Below, piece by piece: positions 59,613 to 64,000 of a DNA stretch of 64,000 nt. The stretch is from contig JAWCLZ010000006.1 in the NCBI GenBank assembly GCA_038850275.1, positions 393 through 64,392 of the forward strand, in the 5' to 3' direction. The first letter of the stretch is position 1. Every line of letters begins with the position of its first letter. Both the position numbers and the translations under genes were made by a program. The notes below the pieces were generated by a model, which made no database searches, was not told the DNA's origin, and was given only the letters and a program-made list of their open reading frames with translations. This stretch comes from Methanocellales archaeon. GTDB lineage: Archaea > Halobacteriota > JAWCLZ01.

Positions 59613-60578
59613 ATGAAGCTCTCTCTTGGAATAACAACTAGTATGCCATTGGAAAAATCCCTCAATTATGCTAAAATTGCTGAGGAGAATAATTACTATA
59701 GAATCTGGATTGGCGAAGATATACTCTCTAGGGAAGTTTTCACTTATATCTCAATAATTGCATTAAAAACCAAAAGAATAGCAATTGCAACTGGCATAAC
59801 AAGTCCATATGTGAGAAATATAGCAGTAATAGCCTCAAATACCGCTGGCATTCAAATTTTGAGTGAAAATCGCTTCACACTTGGCTTGGGAGTTGGCGGT
59901 ATTCCAGAGATCGAGAGGCTAACTGGTAAAAAGCCTGAGAGAGTTATAGAGGTAATGAAAGAAACAACTCAACTCCTGCGGAGAATCTTTAAAGGAGAGA
60001 GAATAACATATGAAGGTAAATTAGCCAGCTTGAGGGATTACAAACTAAATATAAAACTAAAGGTTGAGCCTAAAATTTACTTTGGAGTGCGAGGAGAGAA
60101 GCTCCTTGCTTTAGCTGGAGAAATTGCAGATGGAGTGATATTCTCAGGACCAAAGCAATATCTCGAGCGAGCCATGCAAATCGTAGATGAAGCAGCGGAG
60201 AAAGCAGGGAGAGATAAAAATGAAATAGATCGCGTGCTTTGGAACTGCACAGTGGAAGTTGAAAATGAAGAGGATTTAAAACTAGCTAGACTAGTATCAG
60301 CCACAATAGCAGCAAGTCTCCCGAAGAGCAGCTTGAGTGGTGTTGATCAAATTCGAGAAAAATTCAAAGTAGGAAAATATGAAGAGGCAGCTGAAATGAT
60401 GAGTGAAGAACTGATGAAGGAATTCTGCATCTATGGCTCAAAGAAGGAGATATTTGATAGCTTTAATCAATTTGAAGCAATGGGATTTAGAGAATTTGTA
60501 GTTGGACCGCCATTCAGTAAAAACCCTATGAGAACAATTAAAGCAATGGGGAGGGCTATCAGTGGAATATGGGATTAA
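59613..60578 (+). CDS. Luciferase-like (LLM), Mer-like putative F420-dependent oxidoreductase
   Basis: WIGED, TGITSPYVR, RFTLGLGVG and LAGEIADGV motifs. Confidence 0.82.
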   Translation: MKLSLGITTSMPLEKSLNYAKIAEENNYYRIWIGEDILSREVFTYISIIALKTKRIAIATGITSPYVRNIAVIASNTAGIQILSENRFTLGLGVGGIPEIERLTGKKPERVIEVMKETTQLLRRIFKGERITYEGKLASLRDYKLNIKLKVEPKIYFGVRGEKLLALAGEIADGVIFSGPKQYLERAMQIVDEAAEKAGRDKNEIDRVLWNCTVEVENEEDLKLARLVSATIAASLPKSSLSGVDQIREKFKVGKYEEAAEMMSEELMKEFCIYGSKKEIFDSFNQFEAMGFREFVVGPPFSKNPMRTIKAMGRAISGIWD

Positions 60579-61509
60579 CTTCAATGGAGACTTGCCCATT
60601 GATCACATAATAGAGGGCACGAGGGTTGCAGAGCAAATAGGCTTCAAATACATCTGGGTTGGAGAGGCAAATGAATATATTCATCCATTCCCAGTACTAG
60701 CAGCTATATGCGAGAACACAACTAAAATTCAAATCGGCTCAGGTATAATATCACCTCAATTGAATTTATGCCGCCATATATTGAAGGCATTTGAAACACT
60801 CCACGAAGCTTATGGACCTAGGTTTATAATAGGCCTAGCACCAGGTGACTTCATAGCTCTTCAATCACTAGGGGTGGAAATTAAGCGGCCTATTGAAAAA
60901 ATAGATCAATGTTTAATGGAGATCACTGGAAGCGTGCCCACCTACATTGCAAGGCAAATTACCAAAACAGAAGAAGTTTGCTTATATGGAGTTATACCGG
61001 TATTCGTCGGAGCAACTGGTCCAAAGGCAATTGAATTTGCTAGTTTAAAAGCAGATGGAATTCTGCTTAACTATTTGAAACCCGAGTATATAAACTGGGC
61101 TTCAAAATACTTTAAAAGAAGAATATATACCGCTGTCTATGGCCCATCGCTACTCCTTCCAGATAGTTATAATGAAAAAAAACTGCTCATAGCTGCAGCA
61201 GTAGTTGCATCAAGCATGCCGATGGAACTTCAAATCGAATTTGAAATCAAAAATGAGATAAATCAAATAAAAACCTATTTAAATCACAGGAACTACAGCG
61301 AGCTTGTTAAGTATAGAGAATTCCTATATAGCAACTTCACTCTTTCAGGAACTCTTGAGGAGATTAATAGGAAGATTGAGGAAATTAAAAGAATGAATAA
61401 AGTAGATCAAGTTATATTTGGCACACCAATTTGCCATAGCCTTGAATCAGTTAAAAAGCTGAGAAAGATAATAGAGGGAGGGGGTAAATGGGTGCACTCA
61501 GAAGAATGA
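60562..61509 (+). CDS. Second LLM/Mer-like oxidoreductase
   Basis: GFKYIWVGE, IGSGIISP, RFIIGLAPGD, VGATGPK and ADGILLN motifs. Confidence 0.82.
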   Translation: MEYGINFNGDLPIDHIIEGTRVAEQIGFKYIWVGEANEYIHPFPVLAAICENTTKIQIGSGIISPQLNLCRHILKAFETLHEAYGPRFIIGLAPGDFIALQSLGVEIKRPIEKIDQCLMEITGSVPTYIARQITKTEEVCLYGVIPVFVGATGPKAIEFASLKADGILLNYLKPEYINWASKYFKRRIYTAVYGPSLLLPDSYNEKKLLIAAAVVASSMPMELQIEFEIKNEINQIKTYLNHRNYSELVKYREFLYSNFTLSGTLEEINRKIEEIKRMNKVDQVIFGTPICHSLESVKKLRKIIEGGGKWVHSEE

Positions 61510-61700
61510 TGAAGAAATATAAACTCACAGAGGGAGATATGCAGGAATGGCGTGAGGTAAAATCTTGGTACTTGAACATGGCTAGTGAATACCCTCAGAA
61601 ATGCTTAAAATGTGGAGATCTATTTTACGTATCACCTTTTGATGCATTTTTAATAAGTCGAAATAAAAAAGCTTGCTTATGTCAAAGATGCTTGAAATAA
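61488..61700 (+). CDS. Small Zn-finger-like protein
   Basis: CLKC...CQRC; GGAGGGG RBS upstream. Confidence 0.6.
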   Translation: MGALRRMMKKYKLTEGDMQEWREVKSWYLNMASEYPQKCLKCGDLFYVSPFDAFLISRNKKACLCQRCLK

Positions 61701-61720
61701 TTAAATAATCAGGAGAACTC

Positions 61721-62383
61721 ATGCGCTTTAAAAACAGAGAGGATGCTGGAAAAAAACTAGCTGAAAAGCTCGCTAACTTGAAAGCTCTAAGTCCAGTGGT
61801 GCTAGCTATACCTCGCGGAGGTGTGGTGGTGGGTGACATTATAGCTAATGCTCTAAATGCAAAGTTAGATTTAGTGGTTCCTCGAAAAATTGGTGCACCT
61901 TATAACCCAGAACTCGCGATCGGCGCAGTTATGCACGATGGAACTTGCTATCTAAATAGAGATATAATAGCAGCATTGAATATATCTGAAAATTATATTA
62001 AAAGAGAGATAGAATTTCAAAAAATGGAAATTGAAAGGAGATTACAGCTATATAGAAAAACAAAGGATTACGATTTAAGAGATAAAAATATCGTACTCGT
62101 GGACGATGGCATCGCCACTGGTGCAACTATGCTTGTTGTGATTAACTGGCTGAAGAAACAGCAGCCTAAAAAATTAGTGGTTGCAGTTCCAGTGCTGCCC
62201 GCTGAAACACTTGAAATATTAAAAAGGGAAGTGGATGAAGTGATCTATGTTTTAGCGCCATATGAATTTGAAGCAGTTGGCGAGTTCTATGAAGATTTCA
62301 GTCAAGTTGAAGATGAAGAGGTCATAAAAATAATGAAAAGTCATATAGGGAAAGGTCATAAACAAATAACAATAACAAAATAA
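61721..62383 (+). CDS. Phosphoribosyltransferase (COG1926 type)
   Basis: FKNREDAG, AIPRGG, PRKIGAP.NPELAIGA and LVDDGIATGAT motifs. Confidence 0.92.
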   Translation: MRFKNREDAGKKLAEKLANLKALSPVVLAIPRGGVVVGDIIANALNAKLDLVVPRKIGAPYNPELAIGAVMHDGTCYLNRDIIAALNISENYIKREIEFQKMEIERRLQLYRKTKDYDLRDKNIVLVDDGIATGATMLVVINWLKKQQPKKLVVAVPVLPAETLEILKREVDEVIYVLAPYEFEAVGEFYEDFSQVEDEEVIKIMKSHIGKGHKQITITK

Positions 62384-62428
62384 CAATAATAAATAAAAAT
62401 AAAGCTTAGAAAGTAAGGGGGAATTAAG

Positions 62429-62605
62429 ATGCCATTCGTACTATGTGAAAAATGCTATGAAAAAATGAAAGAGCAGGTATACATTAGCAGCAAACCAGTC
62501 TATGGGAAATGTGTTCTATGCTCCTACCTTGGCTATGGAGTTATTGTTGTGGAGCCTAGAAATATGCTTGCTTTTGAAACCTTGAGAAAAGCAGCAGCTT
62601 CATAG
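62429..62605 (+). CDS. Small Cys-rich (Zn-binding) protein, 58 aa
   Basis: Manual translation MPFVLCEKCYEKMKEQVYISSKPVYGKCVLCSYLGYGVIVVEPRNMLAFETLRKAAAS*; AGGGGG RBS upstream. Confidence 0.6.
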   Translation: MPFVLCEKCYEKMKEQVYISSKPVYGKCVLCSYLGYGVIVVEPRNMLAFETLRKAAAS

Positions 62606-62831
62606 CTCCGCGTGACCACAGACGGATCTAGAATAGTTTCTCAGGCTTTGAGTGGGGATGCTTGATATCTAAAGCGAAACTTAAGAAAAGTATTCTCCCA
62701 CTCCAACTTTCCTTTCTCGAGCCCGAGTTCCAATCAGATATGCTCTGAAGCACCCAACTGCTTCAACTTCAACATCAATTTTGAGCACGCAATAGAGCTC
62801 CTCACGAGACTATTGCCCTTATACTCATAGG

Positions 62832-62984
62832 TTAAACCTTTCCCTTGATATACATCTCAGGATTTCTATCGAACTTCTGCTTGCACATAGGAGCGCAGAA
62901 GTAGTAAATCTTCCCTTTATATTCAGACTTCCACTTCGCAGTTTTTTCATCAACTTCCATTTTGCAAACTACATCTAGAGCCAA
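62832..62984 (-). CDS. YHS/TRASH-domain metal-binding protein
   Basis: Manual translation (TTG start) MALDVVCKMEVDEKTAKWKSEYKGKIYYFCAPMCKQKFDRNPEMYIKGKV*; AGGTGA RBS upstream. Confidence 0.88.
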   Translation of the reverse strand: MALDVVCKMEVDEKTAKWKSEYKGKIYYFCAPMCKQKFDRNPEMYIKGKV

Positions 62985-63148
62985 GTAATTCACCTATTAA
63001 TAAATTGAACGAAGAATTAATTAGTTATCGCTTCTCTTATAGTCGAGTAGATTCAGCATATAAAGGAAAGAAATGGAATCACATAGGAGAAAAAATACAG
63101 AAAGAGAAATGTAAAAAGAATATGATTTCGTAAAAATAAGGTGGATTT

Positions 63149-64000
63149 ATGGAGAAGAAAAAAATGCTCAAGGAGTTGATCAAGCAGCTGCATGAAGGAG
63201 CAGTGCCAGCTGAGGTTAAAGAAAGATTTAAACAAGTTTTAGAGAGCACAACTCCACTGGAAATTGCTAGAATAGAGGAGGAACTTATAAAAGAGGGAAT
63301 ACCTAGAGAGGAAATTCGAAGACTCTGCGAGGTTCATTTAGCTGTTTTTAGAGAGCAATTGGAGAAGCAAAAAATCGAGGTACCCCTCGGGCACGCTATT
63401 GGAATTCTAATGGAGGAACATAGAATTCTCCTAGAAAGGCAAGAGAAACTAAATGGCATTGCAATTGAGCAAGAACCTGATTTAGCGCAGCTTAATCAAA
63501 TTGCAATAGATTATTTAGAGGCTGAAAAGCATTATTTAAGGGAGGAGAATGTGCTATTCCCAGTCTTAGAGAAACATGGCATAACTGAGCCTCCTGCGAT
63601 TATGTGGATGGAGCATAATCAACTGAGGGAGCAAAAGAAGGCATTTCGCAATTTAATTGAAAACTATAATACCATTAGCCGTGAGGTATTTAAAAAGCAG
63701 CTTGGCGAGAGCGCAAAGGCTTTGAATAGCTTGCTCTCAAGTCATATATTTAAGGAGAATAACATTCTTTTCCCAGCTGCAATGCGCGTGGTCACGGAGG
63801 AGGAATGGAGAGACATTAGAAGAGAATTCGATGAAATTGGATATCCCAGTTTTACCCCTAGGCATTTAATAGCACAAATTCCACTTGAACCTGAAAAGCC
63901 AGTGGCTGCTCTGCCTGAGCTATTGCAGTTTGAAACAGGCTCACTTACAAAAGAAGAAGTTGAAGGGATTCTTAACACCTTGCCAGTTGATATTACATTT
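63149..64000 (+). CDS. DUF438 / hemerythrin-like / PAS protein; runs off the window end
   Basis: Manual translation MEKKKMLKELIKQLHEG...EEELIKEG...LCEVHLAVF...ILMEEH...HYLREENVLFP...IMWMEH...HIFKENNILFP...LNTLPVDITF. Confidence 0.88.
   Translation, partial: MEKKKMLKELIKQLHEGAVPAEVKERFKQVLESTTPLEIARIEEELIKEGIPREEIRRLCEVHLAVFREQLEKQKIEVPLGHAIGILMEEHRILLERQEKLNGIAIEQEPDLAQLNQIAIDYLEAEKHYLREENVLFPVLEKHGITEPPAIMWMEHNQLREQKKAFRNLIENYNTISREVFKKQLGESAKALNSLLSSHIFKENNILFPAAMRVVTEEEWRDIRREFDEIGYPSFTPRHLIAQIPLEPEKPVAALPELLQFETGSLTKEEVEGILNTLPVDITF

Overview
Gene-dense, ~40% GC archaeal chromosomal segment with no CRISPR array, rRNA, transposase or viral hallmark genes. Euryarchaeal markers (PolD DP2, PolB3, RadB, a PGF-CTERM protein, TrmY, AMP phosphorylase) together with C1/H4MPT enzymes (Ftr, Mer-like proteins, HdrA/MvhD/FwdF) point to an anaerobic Halobacteriota (Methanomicrobia-like) organism; the taxonomy is an inference. 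Contents, left to right: (1) a divergent redox locus with miniaturised AOR-like protein, ferredoxin, HdrD-like protein and N-terminally truncated HdrA on one arm, and FwdF-like polyferredoxin and an HdrA-MvhD fusion on the other; (2) housekeeping genes (nadM, polC, aroA', infB-ndk-rpl24e-rps28e-rpl7ae); (3) xerA preceded by two dif-like 11-6-11 inverted repeats; (4) four tRNAs, including tRNA-His with a 13-nt anticodon-loop intron and tRNA-Leu with a non-canonical D-loop intron; (5) repair, replication and translation genes; (6) an envelope region with two membrane-anchored HTH regulators, secreted proteins and a MacB-type ABC system; (7) CBS-CBS-porCDAB-ftr-pyrF; (8) ilvD, thermosome, pyrC, mobB-moaE and glmM; (9) an accessory block with two tandem luciferase-like (Mer-like) proteins, small Cys-rich proteins, a YHS protein and a DUF438 protein. 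All product calls come from motif recognition by eye, not database searches.
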